Source: Euglena gracilis
Lineage: Eukaryota
Assembly: GCA_039621445.1 (NCBI GenBank)
Contig: CP154954.1
Location: 34,321,737-34,385,736, forward strand
Length of the DNA stretch: 64,000 nt
Direction of reading: 5' to 3'
Shown here: positions 25,532 through 38,200 of the stretch, piece by piece
Position numbering within the stretch: the first letter of the stretch is position 1
How the letters are laid out: the number at the start of each line of letters is the position of its first letter
Program-made: the position numbers and the translations under genes
The notes under the pieces: generated by a model
Told to the model about the DNA's origin: nothing
Database searches by the model: none
The model's input: only the letters and a program-made list of their open reading frames with translations

Positions 25532-26550
25532 ACCTGAAAGATGCCTATTTTCATATTCCAGTAAGTCCAGGCCTAAGGCCATTTTTAAGGCATCAGGTGT
25601 GGGGGCAAACCTGGGAATTCCAGGCAGGCTGTTTTGGCCTGAATGTAATGCCCCAAATTTTCATGTCAGTCATGAAAACATTCGAAAAGCTGTGGAGGAA
25701 AAGGGGCATCCAGGTATTTATTTACCTGGACGACATTTTGCTGGTGGCCCCAACACAAATCATCTTACAAAATCACCTGAACACAGTGGTCAGGGATTTA
25801 ATCAAATCAGGGTTCAAAATCAATGTAAAAAAGTCCACCCTGCAGCCCACCCAAATCGTAAATCATCTTGGATTTCAACTAAACTTCCAAGAGGGAAAAT
25901 TGCAGGTGCCCCCACAGAAAATAAAAACAGTAAAAAAGGAGCTGGGAAAAATGGTGAAAAAAGATTACATGTCAAAAAGGCAATTGGCTGCCATTTTGGG
26001 CCAAATCAGATGCAATCTCATGGCCCTGCCCTTTCTAAGGGCCTTTACGGATGCCCTGGCAAATTTTTTAGTGGAAAATTCCACAGCCCCCTGGGACTCA
26101 AAACACCCCATCTCCCAAAGAATAAAGGACCAATTAAGAGAAATAAAAACCTGCTGGACACCTGGGGGGGCAGACCCTTCCCCCAAAATGCAACCAGAGA
26201 GTTACACTCAGACAGCAGCACCCATGCCTGGGGGGGCTGGACATTCGAACAGGAAAAATTGTGCAAGAATTTTGGAGGGAAAACTCCATTCTGCACGTAA
26301 ATGTCAAAGAATTAAGTGCAGCAATAAGCACAGTTCAAAGCCTCAGCCAGCCAGGGGAAACTGTGTCCCTATCCGTGGACAATCAAGTAATTTACTATTA
26401 CTTAACAAAAGGGGGGGGGGCAGAAAAGACCCCTTCAATTCCATGCTAAGACCCTTCTTCAAATGGTGCATGGAACACAACATAAACCTGCAAGTAAAGT
26501 GGGTCCCCTCAAAAGAATGTCTGGCAGACCCCATAAGTGGGTGGGAAATG
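25500..26550 (+). pseudogene. DIRS reverse transcriptase and RNase H (frameshifted)
   Basis: RIDLKDAYFHIP, FGLNVMPQIF, YLDDIL and LGF motifs. RNase H motifs LHSDSS..AWGG, HVNVKEL and VDN lie in shifted frames, followed by LADPIS. Confidence 0.92.
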
Positions 26551-26995
26551 GACAGGGGGGATTATTCCCTAGATCCCCAACTTTTTCAATGGCTGAGGCA
26601 GCAGTTCAAAAATTACATAAGCCTGAAAACAGACCTTTTTGCCTCACCCGGCAACAAAAAACTGCCACAATTTGTGGCCAGGTGGCCCCACTGGGAAGCC
26701 ACAGCAGTGGATGCATTGCAATGTCCACTGGACAACATGGGGGGCCTTTATGCAAATCCCCCCTGGTCTGTAATTCAAAAATTTCTCCCCAGATTAAGAA
26801 GGATTCCTCAAGCCAAAGTTTTGATGGTCACCCCCTACTGGGATTCAGCCACATGGTGGCCCCAGTTAATAAAAATGAAAGTACCAGGGTCCCCCTGCCT
26901 GAAAATCACCACTTACAAGGGTATGTTCACCAATTGCAGGGGGGAAGAAATGCCACCCCGCAGGTGGCCCCTACTTTGCATGGTTTGCTCAGGCA
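26550..26995 (+). CDS. Dam-like DNA N6-adenine methyltransferase domain of DIRS
   Basis: DYSLD..LF, DLFASPGNKKLPQF, DAL, YANPPW and TPYW..ATWWPQL. Confidence 0.88.
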
Positions 26996-26999
26996 AATT

Positions 27000-27860
27000 C
27001 TGGAGGGGAAACAAAAACAAAATACACCCATTAACGATTTCCTGGGAGGGAACCCCAGCTTAAAGCGTTATCAAAGCGCTTTTACGCTTTTATGGGTGAT
27101 TTTGGACAAAATGGAGGTACCCCCCCTGAAGCCACCACTGACCAAGTGGTTGACGCTTTAATTCAACTGTTTCAATTTTCAAAGGCCCAAGCACGCAATG
27201 CATACAGTGCTATGCTATTAATCCCTGGCTTTGGGGGCCTGAGGTTCCATACCATGTTAGCACCTTATAAAAGGCTTTGGAACCAAAACCTGGAGAAATA
27301 TGGTGCATTCTGGGATCCACTCCCAATCCTCCTGGGGCTGGCACAGTCCCCCCTGCCCTCTGATATTTGTACATTGCGTACACAACTCATTTTCTGTTCA
27401 CGCATCCTCTGTTTATACAGAAGTTCAGATTTGGCACAGGTCCAAAGAACCACCAGTGTGTTGGGGGGGCACCCTACATCAAAATTAAACGTAAAGGGCA
27501 AAAGCTCCGTAAGTGGGAGAGAGTTGTCTCCATTCCCCAGTGCCCCCAAATCAGCCCCTTTCATTTAATGATGGCTTATGTGGCAGCAACACGTTTCTTT
27601 ATGAATCCTGGGGGCCCCCTGTTAATTACGTTAAAACCCCCCTACAAAGCCATTAAGGCAGATACCATTGCTTATATCACCAAAGAATTTTTGACCAAAC
27701 AGGGGGTACCCCCCCCCCCCCAGGTTTGGGGACCCCACTCCACCAGAGGGGCATGGGTTGGTTTACTCAAAAAATTGGGCCTTTCTGCCCAAGAAGTTTG
27801 TGAAATTGGTCAATGGAAGGGGGTGGAGGCTTTCACAGCCAATATCAAAGACTTGGTGCC
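27000..27860 (+). pseudogene. DIRS tyrosine recombinase (frameshifted)
   Basis: YRSSDL (catalytic R), IKRKG (K), HSTRG (HxxR) and GQW in the expected order across ORFs 27092-27568 and 27367-28344. Confidence 0.88.
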
Positions 27861-28599
27861 CAAGGTTCTTTGGAGAATGCCCTGGCCCCCCTTTTTTCAG
27901 TGCACAATCTGGCCTCACAATGACAAAGTGCGGAGCCCGAGGTATCTCGTACTCCCTCGAGGCAGACCGAGAAGGGAGGAAGGGACACCGAGGGCGAAGC
28001 ACAAAGACATTGTGAGCACGACACCCCGACCCACATACGAAAATTTGTCTTCAAACGCCCTCGGTCAGAAGATGGGGGCCAGGGGGAGGCAGAGGGGGGG
28101 GGGGACCCCCCCAGGGGAAAAGACAGCGCCATGGTCGCCACGTCGGAGACAATGCAGCCAACTCCGGCGAGGCGGCACTAAGCGGGACCTCCTAACCCAG
28201 CGCAGCGAACAATCACACAACAAACCGCCGGCGAGCAAGGCATGGCCTCACAATGTCTTTGTGCTTCGCCCTCGGTGTCCCTTCCTCCCTTCTCGGTCTG
28301 CCTCGAGGGAGTACGACTTTGCGCGTCTGTCCTTTGGAAGGTAAATACGGAATGTCAATGAACAACACCCAGAGCCAAAAGAGTACCAAAACCAGAAAAA
28401 AATCCAAGTCTACGATTTGAAGCGCAATGCCATTTGCGGTTTGTAAGACAGTGAAGCGATCGACTCGGCAATCTGTACAACGGGCGGATCATTTAGCGCC
28501 ATCTGGGGGACCTGGTGGTGCGGTTTCAACGTGACGAACCGATGCACTCTGGGACCTTTAGGGAACAACGAGGACATGACCAGGAGGGCGAAGCACAAG

Positions 28600-29229
28600 G
28601 GCTGGGTGAGCGCTTTCAAATTTATGTACCATCCATGATTGCTTCTCCAAAAATTGTGCAGTTTTTGACGAAAATTTAGATCCAGGCCCCCCCACCCTTC
28701 ACTGGAACTGTGTGGACACAAAATCTCTGTTGGGATGGGCCAAAAATGGTGGCCCACGGGCCTCTGCAAGAAAAGGCTTTAGAGTCAAAAACTGTTCTTT
28801 TACTGGTTGGGGAACGGGCACCTGATAATCCCAGCTGTGGGTTTTATCAAGGTCTAAAAATCTTTGAGGGTGTTGGTGAATGCCCTTAAAAGTCGTAGGG
28901 GGGTGCGGTTTGAACGAATTTGATCCAGAATTGCAGCCATTTTTCGACAGTTGAGGTGATTTGCAACCAAAAACTTTCCTATTGATTTTCTAAGGGTTTT
29001 CTTTTTTTTTTGAGGTGGGACTGGAAGTTTTCCTTCCTCCAAATTTATCACAGCTCCCAAGTGGGGAATACTGAAAACCTTCCTTGGTTCGCTGTTTTTG
29101 CGGATACTTCGGCCTCGGTTTTTTGTTGAGGCGGCCGCCGGGCTTCGAAGCCAAACTTTTCAATGTCTTCTTTTTTGTCCTTGTACTTTTGCCAGTGAAC
29201 CTTGCAATTCATTTTTTTCAGATTCCTGG
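28600..29229 (-). pseudogene. Decayed fragment of a second DIRS (RT C-terminus/RNase H)
   Basis: INLEEGKLPVPPQK...MAAILDQIRSN...LRAFTNTL aligns to LNFQEGKLQVPPQK...LAAILGQIRCN...LRAFTDAL of the intact copy. SSSEGWGGLD..FWR is RNase H-like. Confidence 0.8.
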
Positions 29230-29230
29230 T

Positions 29231-29579
29231 TCTTGCGTGCACAATCAATTGATATTTTTTGTAGTCTTGTACCAGTGCATTGGGTGGGCAAATAACCCTG
29301 TGTGTGAGATTGGTTTGAAATTGGTGGGTTAGAGTAGGGACTTTCTTAGGTTAATTAGGGAAAAATGGCAAGTCCTACTGTGGAAAATTGGTCGGCCGGT
29401 CTTGAAAATTTCAAAGAATCGGCCCAGCAAGGTCAAAAATTTAGTTCAGGCCTTCCAGCCGAACCACAGTAATATTTTCCCAAGGTTAAATTCGACTGAA
29501 AACCAAAAAATGGTATTTCAGTGATTTTCGGCCCCACTCAGGCAGATTTTGGACAAATTTTGGGTTAGGAACCCTTTAC
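29231..29579 (+). repeat. ~350-bp repeat, inverted partner of 39514-39864
   Basis: TCTTGCGTGCACAATCAATTGA...GGGTTAGGAACCCTTTAC is the reverse complement, with substitutions, of GTAAAGGGGTCCTAACCC...TCAATTGATTGTGCATGCAAGA. Confidence 0.92.
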
Positions 29580-30499
29580 ACTCCCCCACTTAGAAAAATA
29601 TCGGGGAGATTTTGAAAAACGGAAGTAAAAAAGAAGGGGTCCGAACGAAAGAAACAATTTGGTTTGCGAAAAAAAGAAGTATGTGTGCGGTTGGTAAGAG
29701 CAACGAGAGGGGGGGGGGGTGCAGCCAAAAAGGCCACCCCGCGTAGGCAACGGCGGCGGGGGGGTAGCCCAAACGGGCCACACCGCACCCGGGGGGGGGG
29801 GGGATGATGCAACGGTGCAACAGGTGATGCGGAAAATCAGTGTGGGGCAACGGTGCGTGGGCAACGGTGCGGCACAACTCAGCTGCGTACGCCGTCGCCG
29901 CAACCGCCGCCTCCCACTCGAGGTCGTTGCCACGGTACCGCGTATGTGTGAGTCGTGTGTTCACAATCACAATATGGTATGCTATTTTTTGTCCCACGCA
30001 CCACACGACACTCATGCTTAGAATGACACTTTGCGGGCACCCAGGGCGGGTCAGGTTGCAACTACGAAAGTTGCACGCCGAGCCACAATGGGGCCTAGGC
30101 ATGGTTTCGCGTTTACAACCCTTGCGAACCGTTTTTTTTTTTTTGACTAACCGTCTTTCAAGAGATCTGGTGGTTAGACTTCAGGGTTTTTTGATGTTTA
30201 GGCTAGCCTTCCGTTAGGGATTCTTTCTCTTAAGGAGAAAACTCCTTTTTTTGTTGGTTGGGCCATTTTTTTTGTTGGGTTTTTGCTTAATCCCTCTTTG
30301 AGGAGCAAGTTATGCAACTTTTTTGTTGGGGCGATTGTTGAATTTCGTGATCTGTTGCTTGTCGCGACCAAACACCAAAAATCAGAATCAACGAAAACAA
30401 CCCCGCAACCGCGGGATTGGTTCCCCGCAATGACAATTCATCACTTTTCCCACAACCGTAACGGGAATGTGACTCACGGACCCTTTTTTGTGGGGGCGT

Positions 30500-33400
30500 C
30501 ACATCAACCCGTGCCCTCCCGGGCCATCTCTCAAATCTTGGTCAAAAATTTCCACCACTTTTAAAGAAATAAAATGTGCTGAGAAATCTGGCCCTCTTTT
30601 GCTTTTCAAAAAGCAAATCCAAATCTGTGAAGTTCTCACCTCCTTGCCATTCCAAAAATTGTTCCTCCGAACCCCGAAATTCCTTGGGTGGTACTTACGG
30701 GAGCCTCACCGACAAAATTGTCGGCCATGTCCCATGCCAGGGCAAGTTTCGTTCCAAAAATTCTCTGAAAATCCTGCACACCGTCCTTTACGGGGGGGTT
30801 GGGTTTCACCTCCTCTCCGTAAATAATACCTTTTAATTCCCTGAAATTGTGTCGGTACAACACGTCGACTGTTCGTTGGAACGCCCCCCACTCACTCGCC
30901 TCCGAATGAGTGGGGCTCATCCCCATTTTGTTCTTTCCAACTTTATTCCTTTCTTCCACACAACACGACCCGTAAAATTGAACAGATTCCACCTCCCACA
31001 CTTGCCCAATAAAAGCGTCAGATTTTGTGCCTTGGGTAAAATGGGCAGACTCAAAATTTTCATTGGTCGACCGTTCAACCTGTTTTTTCTTCTCTTTCCC
31101 CAAATTGGCGGAAGAAAATTGAAATAATTAACTGTTTTCCACTTGGGAGAATTGAGGGGTTTCAAAAGGCGTGTCAACCCTCCCCTCTTCCTTTTCCACC
31201 TGAAAATCAACACTTCCACCACCGTTTCCCAAAATCTGGGGTTCATCCAAATCCCAAATTCGCTTACGTCATGGGTCATTCGTGAGGGGGTACCCTGGGG
31301 GACCAACACCAAACCCTCCCCCTTTTCCTTTGGAATATGCCTTTCCTCTTTCCCGTCCACCTGAAAAAAGACCAAGTCTGGGAATCGGTATTTTTTATGT
31401 GACGTGCCACCAAAAATGTTTCCACCAAAACGGCGAAATTGTCCTTTGGACCCGGGGATGGTGAACTTGCATCAAACACGAACGGTTTGGCAAACCCTCC
31501 GCCATTCCCCGTATACGAGTGGGCTTTTTGTAGTCAAAGGGACTGCACTGACAAAAATCAAAATTCAAAAAAATCAGCCATTTCAAAAATTCACGGTCCT
31601 TCATGAGGCCGTTTCGGGGAACTTTAATGAAAATTATGAGGAGTTGTAAAAACTTGGTGAAGGAAAGTGTCATTTTGTGCGGGAATCGGCATACTCCAAA
31701 TTTCTTTCACACGTGGTGGGGCCATGACCATATTTCGTTTGCAGCACGGATGCAAAGGTCAAGTCCACCCCCCTCCAAATTTTGTTCCTGTAAAAAGCTT
31801 CAAACCCTTTGGTACTTTTGGCCCAAAAAATCGCTGGACTTTGTCCACAAAAGTGTTTGACTGTGGCGCAAACATTTTCTGAAACAAATTTTGCGCTGGG
31901 GGCACTTGAACAAAAGTGCTGCCCCTGAATCGTTGGCCACCATTTTTTCCTTGGGCAGTTTCCTAACCTTTGCCATTAAAATTGGTCGTCCCGCCCCCCT
32001 TGCCTCGTCCTCCCCTCCATGGGCATGGGGCCGAAAACTGGGTGTGGGGGGAGCTTGATTTGCATCCAGAATTTTTGTCCAACAGTTAGAGGCATTATTT
32101 CCAACCTCACCACAACACTTACATGGTGCTCTGATTGCACAGGTTGTGTGGTTGGGGTTTGGGAGCGGTGCTTCTTTCACATATGAAGAATTTTTTGACA
32201 GCGCCCGCCTTTCTTGACGATTTCTGGTGAAATTCTGAGAAAAATCCTCGTTCCGCGCTTTCTGAATGAATTTGGTCCCCCCATCCAATCGGGGGTTGAC
32301 TCGTTTCAGGGGGGGGCACCTGGCCCTTTAAATTCCATCCCCCCTCCGTTTGTTCAAGGCATCCCTGTGTCATTCCCATGATTTGAGCGGGGGGGATATG
32401 AGAATCGTTGGGGGAAAACAGCAATTTTTGTCCAAATGACCACCCATTGAGTAAAAGAAGCGAATTTTTGTCCCCTGCCAACTCCTTTGTGATTTTTTTC
32501 TTCGCTCTGGTTTTCATTCTTCCTTTCTTTGTGAAAAGTTTGGGGAATTTCCCGTCTTAGCACATGACAGGTGTGCATGAGATTTGAAAAAATCCTGAAT
32601 CGTCAACAATTCTGTCTCAAAATGTTTCCAAACTTCCCCAAAATACGTTGTTGAAAATCTGGACAGTTTCGTTGTAAAAATCTGCCAACGAAAAGAAAAT
32701 TCAGGCCTGTGACCTGAAACCTGTTGATTTTTGCCTCTTTTTCCACCATGTCCCAAAATGGGATACTAACAAAAATTGAAATCTGGCAACCAAAAACGGT
32801 GCCTTCCCCCATCATCCCTACCACTGCCCCCATCCCTGTGAGCAAAATTTGCACCGGATCCACAGAGATGGAAATTTTTCATTCGTTTCAAGGGGAAATT
32901 TCAGCACGCTTCGTTGGGGGGCATTCAAAGGGGTTATTGTTTGTGAGGCTGTTACTTCCAAACTTACGGAAGGAAAATCCACCATTCTGGGGGAAACAAA
33001 AAACAGAGTGAGGGGGGTGAAAACTGTTGTGGGTTGGGTAATGGGAACGTGCAAAGTGTGGCTTTGCCAACAGGGGTAGAGACAACCTTATGGTGCTCCT
33101 CCCATTTGGGCAAGACCACCACTCCAGCACTGTTGCCCGAAAAGCCTACCTCTGGGCCTAGGTTGCCGGAGTAGGGATCGACGGGGGAAAAATTGAAAAA
33201 TTGAAAAACGAACCCACTCACTCTCTCTGGGCTTCTCCTTCTCGTTCCTTCAGGTCCCAACCCAGGCCTTCTCATCGCTTCAAGTCCCAACCGTGGTCCC
33301 AACCCATAGCTCAGTCCCAACCCATAGCTCCTGGGTGGGGTACTCGTCGCTGCTCTGGGTGCTCCTGGGCCCCCCTGCACCGCCACCACAGCGGTGCGGG

Positions 33401-34600
33401 GGAGTGGGCCCCCGGACGCCGCCACCACAGCGACGCCGGGGTTGGGGGTCGTCCTTCCCGCGGTGTGAAAACAAAATTTGCGGCCAGTGATCTGGGCAGG
33501 GGGAAAACACTGCCCACGTTGACCCCCTTCCGCAATAAACTGGGATTCTGTCTGTTTGAAAATTCCGAGACCCTCCAATTGAGAAAAGCATCGCTCAATC
33601 CCAATAACCAAAGTGGAAATTTATACAAACCCTTTAATGTTCAGCAAAACTGCCTGAAACGGCGTTTGATTTGAGTTTTCCAAACCCAAAACTGGTAATT
33701 TCTCGTCAAAAAGTTCTTGCCTTTTGGCGCTGTCGTCCAAAGTTAAATTGGGCTGGAATTCCACTGAATTTTGATCACCTTTGACCAAAGCGATTTCTAT
33801 TTTTGAACCTGGGGGATCTGAAGTTTTTTCCAAAATTGCCCAGGGAAATTGACAACAATCTTCGCCAAGCACCATAAACTGAATTATTTCGTGCACTCTC
33901 CTCCTTGCACCTTCTTACCAAGGATCTTTGTTTCCCTCCTCCATCTCCGTTTGCACGGGGGGGGACTGAAATTTGTGTGAGTAGGACAATTCCCGTTTCT
34001 CCTCCACCAGCCAAAAAAGTTGATCCGTGCCCACTCCCAGCCTGGCGGGGCAAAAGTGAAAAATTTCCCGTACGGAGGATTCCACACAGCTTCGACAAGT
34101 TTAGCTGAAAAAATATGAAAACCACAGCAAAAATCTGTGGCACAAGGGAAAGTTGTTCCGTACAGAGGATATCACCCATCTCTGACCGTTTTGGCTGAAA
34201 ATCTGCTAAAGTCACAGGAAATTTCTGTGACAAGGAAAGGGAAAATCCACTTTTTTCACTTGAAAACTGAAAGATCCTTGGGTGAGACAACACCTGGGTT
34301 TTTTTTGTGGGGGAAAATCCGTGCCACTTTGCAAATGGGACCCTGCCTTCGACAACAAATCTTGCTGAAAATGAATTCCGTTGGCAAAAACTGTGGGGAG
34401 ACTTCAGAAAATTCCAGAAAATTCAGGGTCCTCATCGTAATTCTTGCTGAAGTTGGCCAATTTAACTGTGAAATACATTCTCGTGTCTGAAAATTCAGTG
34501 GTCACCCATGAAAATCTGCTGGGATTTCACTTTTCTGAAAAATCTGTGGTGATGCAACAAGTAAATTTGGCAAAGAATGATATTTCTGAAAATTCTGCAG
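30500..34600 (-). mobile_element. Heavily decayed LTR-type (gypsy-like) retroelement: gag knuckle, protease, C5-MTase-like domain
   Basis: CKCCGEVGNNASNC (CCHC remnant) and ANDSGA (aspartic protease remnant) in ORF 31800-32288. PNPPV pre-RT-like motif at ~30790. Boundaries uncertain and no LTRs found. Confidence 0.6.
31360..31810 (-). pseudogene. C5 cytosine DNA methyltransferase-like domain (degenerate)
   Basis: Collinear LKLFTGT (motif I-like), DLTFASV-(P)C-x-EY with compensating indels (motif IV-like), RNLEYADS, FIKVPRNGLMKDREFL (ENP position), DFCQCS..YKKPTRI.G and KYRFP. Confidence 0.65.
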
Positions 34601-34902
34601 ATGGAATGCACTGTTTCACCAAAATTTCCCCACCTGACACTTCTGAATGCCTACCATTCTTCGGGTTCTTTAGTAGCTGTGGTTGGCTGTGGTTGGGGGT
34701 TGTATGCTGGCACACCCTTGTCGCGTGTTGTATGTGTCCACAGCTTCTGTACCGCGCGCAGCTTCAATACCGCTCAGCTTCGACAATGTTTTTGTTGTTG
34801 CTTCGGCTTGAACGTTCTTTCTTGTCTTTTTTCTTTGTCATTCTTCTGCTTCAGCTGCCTGGCGCGCCTCGCTCTGGCCGGAGGATCCGGGTAGGACCTC
34901 CA

Positions 34903-35055
34903 TGAAAACACTTCCTTTGTTCGATGTTTTTGCGGACCCTTCGGCCTCGGCTGTTTTTTGAGGCGGCCGCCGGGCTTCGAAGCCTAATTTTTCAAACTTT
35001 TTCTTTTTGTCCTTAGGCTTTTCCAGTGCACCTGGAAATTCAGTTTTTTTTTCAA
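34903..35055 (+). repeat. ~150-bp direct repeat of 29072-29225
   Basis: Shared TTTTTGCGGA..CTTCGGCCTCGG..TTGAGGCGGCCGCCGGGCTTCGAAGCC..TTTTTGTCCTT..CCAGTG. Confidence 0.85.
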
Positions 35056-35263
35056 ATTATGTTACCCGAACGACGACTGCAACGAAGGGAAACCTTGTTG
35101 TCAGTCGGTTTTAGTGCTGTTGCACTGAAAAAAGAAGACTTCTATCTTAACCAAAAACCCTGTGAGAAAGACGGAAAATGAAGTGCAGGGGGGGGGTATA
35201 AATATGAAACATTCACATAACACACACGCATTGTTCAAAACGAAATCGTTTCAGAAAGTGTTT

Positions 35264-38200
35264 ATGTTTATGTGCATCATGCTGCCTGGGTGCGGACCTG
35301 GACCAGGTCCACCATGGACGCAGCCTTCCGGCGCGCCATACCCTCAGTACCCTCAGTATGCTGAACCCCCGGTTCCGGGTGCCCCACATGCTGAGAGGGT
35401 TTCAGCCCCGGTATTCGCCGCGGCTACCAGCTGCCGGTCCGCATATGCCGTACCGGATCCATCTGCCATCCAGCAGCTGGCACCCCAGCCACCAGTGCAG
35501 CGCAGATTGTGTCTGCCCCAGTATGCAGGAGAGATGATCTTCCGCACTACGGAAATGTTGGAGCAGGACATGCGTATGTGCGCACACCCCCAAACGGAAC
35601 CATTTATGCAAGCCCTTTGGGATGCATACCGTGCTCAGTTGTTGGTGGTAGCAAACGCGCCTGTGGCTCAGTGGTGTCCCCGTGGTCAAGCCCTGATGAC
35701 GGGGAGCCGGTACTTCTCGTCGGCATCCGATTCCGGATTTGAGCCTGGCGAGACAATGATGGACCTGGGCGTGTATGTACCGCCCACGCTGCAAACGCAG
35801 TCGCCGGTGGGATCCCACACCGTGCATATGCGTGAGCACACGCCCCCACCGGTAGGTGAGGCTGTGCATGTCCCACCTGGGATGACGAGACTTATTGCTC
35901 GCCCGCCCTCGCCGCAGCGAATGCCGCCGCGCAAGCCGCCAGCGGAGCAATTACGACGCACGCGGATTACCCGCGCGGCGCATGCGTGGTCCCTGCTGGA
36001 CAGTCGGCCGTGCCCCCTGAGGCATACGTCCAACACATGTTTGCGCACTGGATGCCACAGGCATCGCCGGTCGCCCCTGACCCTGGCGTTGAGCAACGGC
36101 GGCAGTTGGATCCCATAGTGGTGGAGGATGAACCTCCCCACCGTGTGGCAGCCCGACCGCCCAGTGCACCTCCTGTCCAGACCGGGGATATCCTCCGTCG
36201 GCAGGAGACTCCCTACTACCACATGGCAACTCCGAGAACCGAGCAGGATGAGCTTGCTCGGCACTTCCTGCAGGAGCCAGTATTCGCATCTGAAGAGCAC
36301 CGGACGAGGTATTACGCCTCTCTGGCTTCCCTTCAGGGCCGTGGATACACCCCATACCATCCGTACCAGCCGCAGCTGCGGGTGGCAACCCCGGTATTAC
36401 CCCGTGAGCCCCCAACAGGTGTGGCAGTATTACCTGCCACTCTGAAGCGCGACAGGGCTACGGATAACCTTACCCCACAGCCCAGGCGACCCAGCCCACG
36501 GGACGCGGAAGGCGGTGTGGCAATGCAGGTGGAAGCTGGCCAGGATACCACGGGTGGACGACCACCGGCTGAGACCCAGGGGGAGATGGTTCGTCCTGTT
36601 GCCGCAATGCCACCGCCGATCCCTCCGGTATGGAGCCACGACCCCCTGCGTCGAAGCCAAGCCCACACCAGGCTCCTAGCCAACGCCCAGCCACGCCATC
36701 ACCGCGACGTGCAGCGGATCGGCCAAGTCCCTCCACAGAGATGGAATGGGAAGGATCCGATCCGACTCCTGCGGCACCGAGCGCCCGACCCGTATTCGCC
36801 AGACGGGGAAGGACACTGGAGAGGCTGGGGGCAAAGGTAAGGAGAAGGCAAAGGCGTGGCCGGCAAAGGTAAGGGTGAGGGCAAAGGTGAGGGTTAAGGT
36901 AAGGGTACAGGACGTGAGGAGGAATAAGAACCAGCGGAAGTCCTCTCGGACTTTGAGCAAATGCTCAGGTTCAAGGAGGAGCTGGAGGACGAAGGCTGGA
37001 GAATGCAGCACGATTACCACGTTGCAAGAAACAGCCCCGTCACCCCTCCACGAGCAGTCATCGATGTGGTATTACGCCACACCGAGAACAGAGTCAGAGA
37101 ATTACATTACAGAAATGATCTGTACGCCTTCGAAGGTGAAGGTGGCAGACCCTTGATGGATGCCCAGCCAGGTTTCTGGGAGATCTGGTTTTGGCTGGGA
37201 TACCCCTGCCAGAACTGGGGTCTCTTCAGCGATTCCACTGGTCGCAGTTACCTGCACCAACTGGGATTCCGGGACCAGCATGTGTTGGCTCGGAGGCTGA
37301 AGGCCAACATCGAATGTATTCATTCGATAGGACCCCTCGGAGTCCAGTGGAAATACTACCCACTGAAGCCCGACATCGAACGCCTGATCGGGGTGTTGTG
37401 GTGCAACAACCTCCAGGTGTGGCTGGTGAGCCATTACGGCTCAACCTTCCGCGTTCGGCGCGTTTCCCTGGCTTACCCACAGAGGTATGACCCCTGTTGT
37501 AATTACTGTAAGCAGGAATTCCCTGTCTACTCCTGGGGATTCGGCGTCCGCGGAAGCCCTCCACCGCCTCGGGATAACCCGGGTCTGGAGATGGGACGCC
37601 GCATGCTTTTGCATGTGTGCCGCGACGCCCCGGATCTCCATCGCAGAAGTCGTCGCGTCCGCAAGCAGCATATTTTTATGCTGCAGCAGTTCTGGTGGCG
37701 AGCCTGGACCACCTACGTCATGGAGGTGTATTTGCATCTCCATGACCCCCAGGAGGATAGGCCTGGTATGACAAGCTTGCTACCGGACATTGAGGGTCCT
37801 CATCGTCGTCCGGTCGTCGCCGACCTGCGCCCTAACTGGAACCTGGCTGATATCAACCTGAAAGAACATTTACGGCGACAGTTTGGCGGTACCCTCGACA
37901 GGGAGGTACTCCGCCAGTTGATGGTGCACCCGAATGCCATCCTCGACATGTGTATGCTGATTCTGGCATGAGTTCAGGAGTTCGAGGAGGGCTTTCTCGA
38001 GGTCTGGGAGGATACGCGTTACAGCGGATTCCTGGGCCCGAAAAGGCCTCCCAACGCCTGGGTGCAGCCATCATGGCCGCCACCCTGGCCCAACAGCGCC
38101 AGTAGCAGTACGCTGGCCTTTTACAGGCTGGCGGATGCTCAGGGATGCCGATGGCACCCCGCCGATCCTCGTTTGCCCCAAGATCTGCGCGCCTTCATCG

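Larger units (their letters stand above)
23531..28316 (+). mobile_element. DIRS1-like tyrosine-recombinase retrotransposon, structurally complete, ORFs frameshifted
   Basis: Left ITR ~23531-23657 is inverted to ~28155-28255. The ICR at 27910-28016 is complementary to the left terminus and to the right extension 28248-28316. RT, RNase H, MTase and YR motifs lie inside. No TSD. Confidence 0.95.

Noticed and set aside
26550-27860. Bacterial/phage methylase plus integrase (prophage or contamination)
   Set aside because: Both domains lie within the DIRS ITR/ICR boundaries next to RT and RNase H, which is the normal DIRS layout.
31200-31270. GIWMNPRF as a second, Dam-like NPP motif in the decayed element
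   Set aside because: A single short motif in heavily mutated sequence, without recognisable flanking DxFA or PxW motifs.
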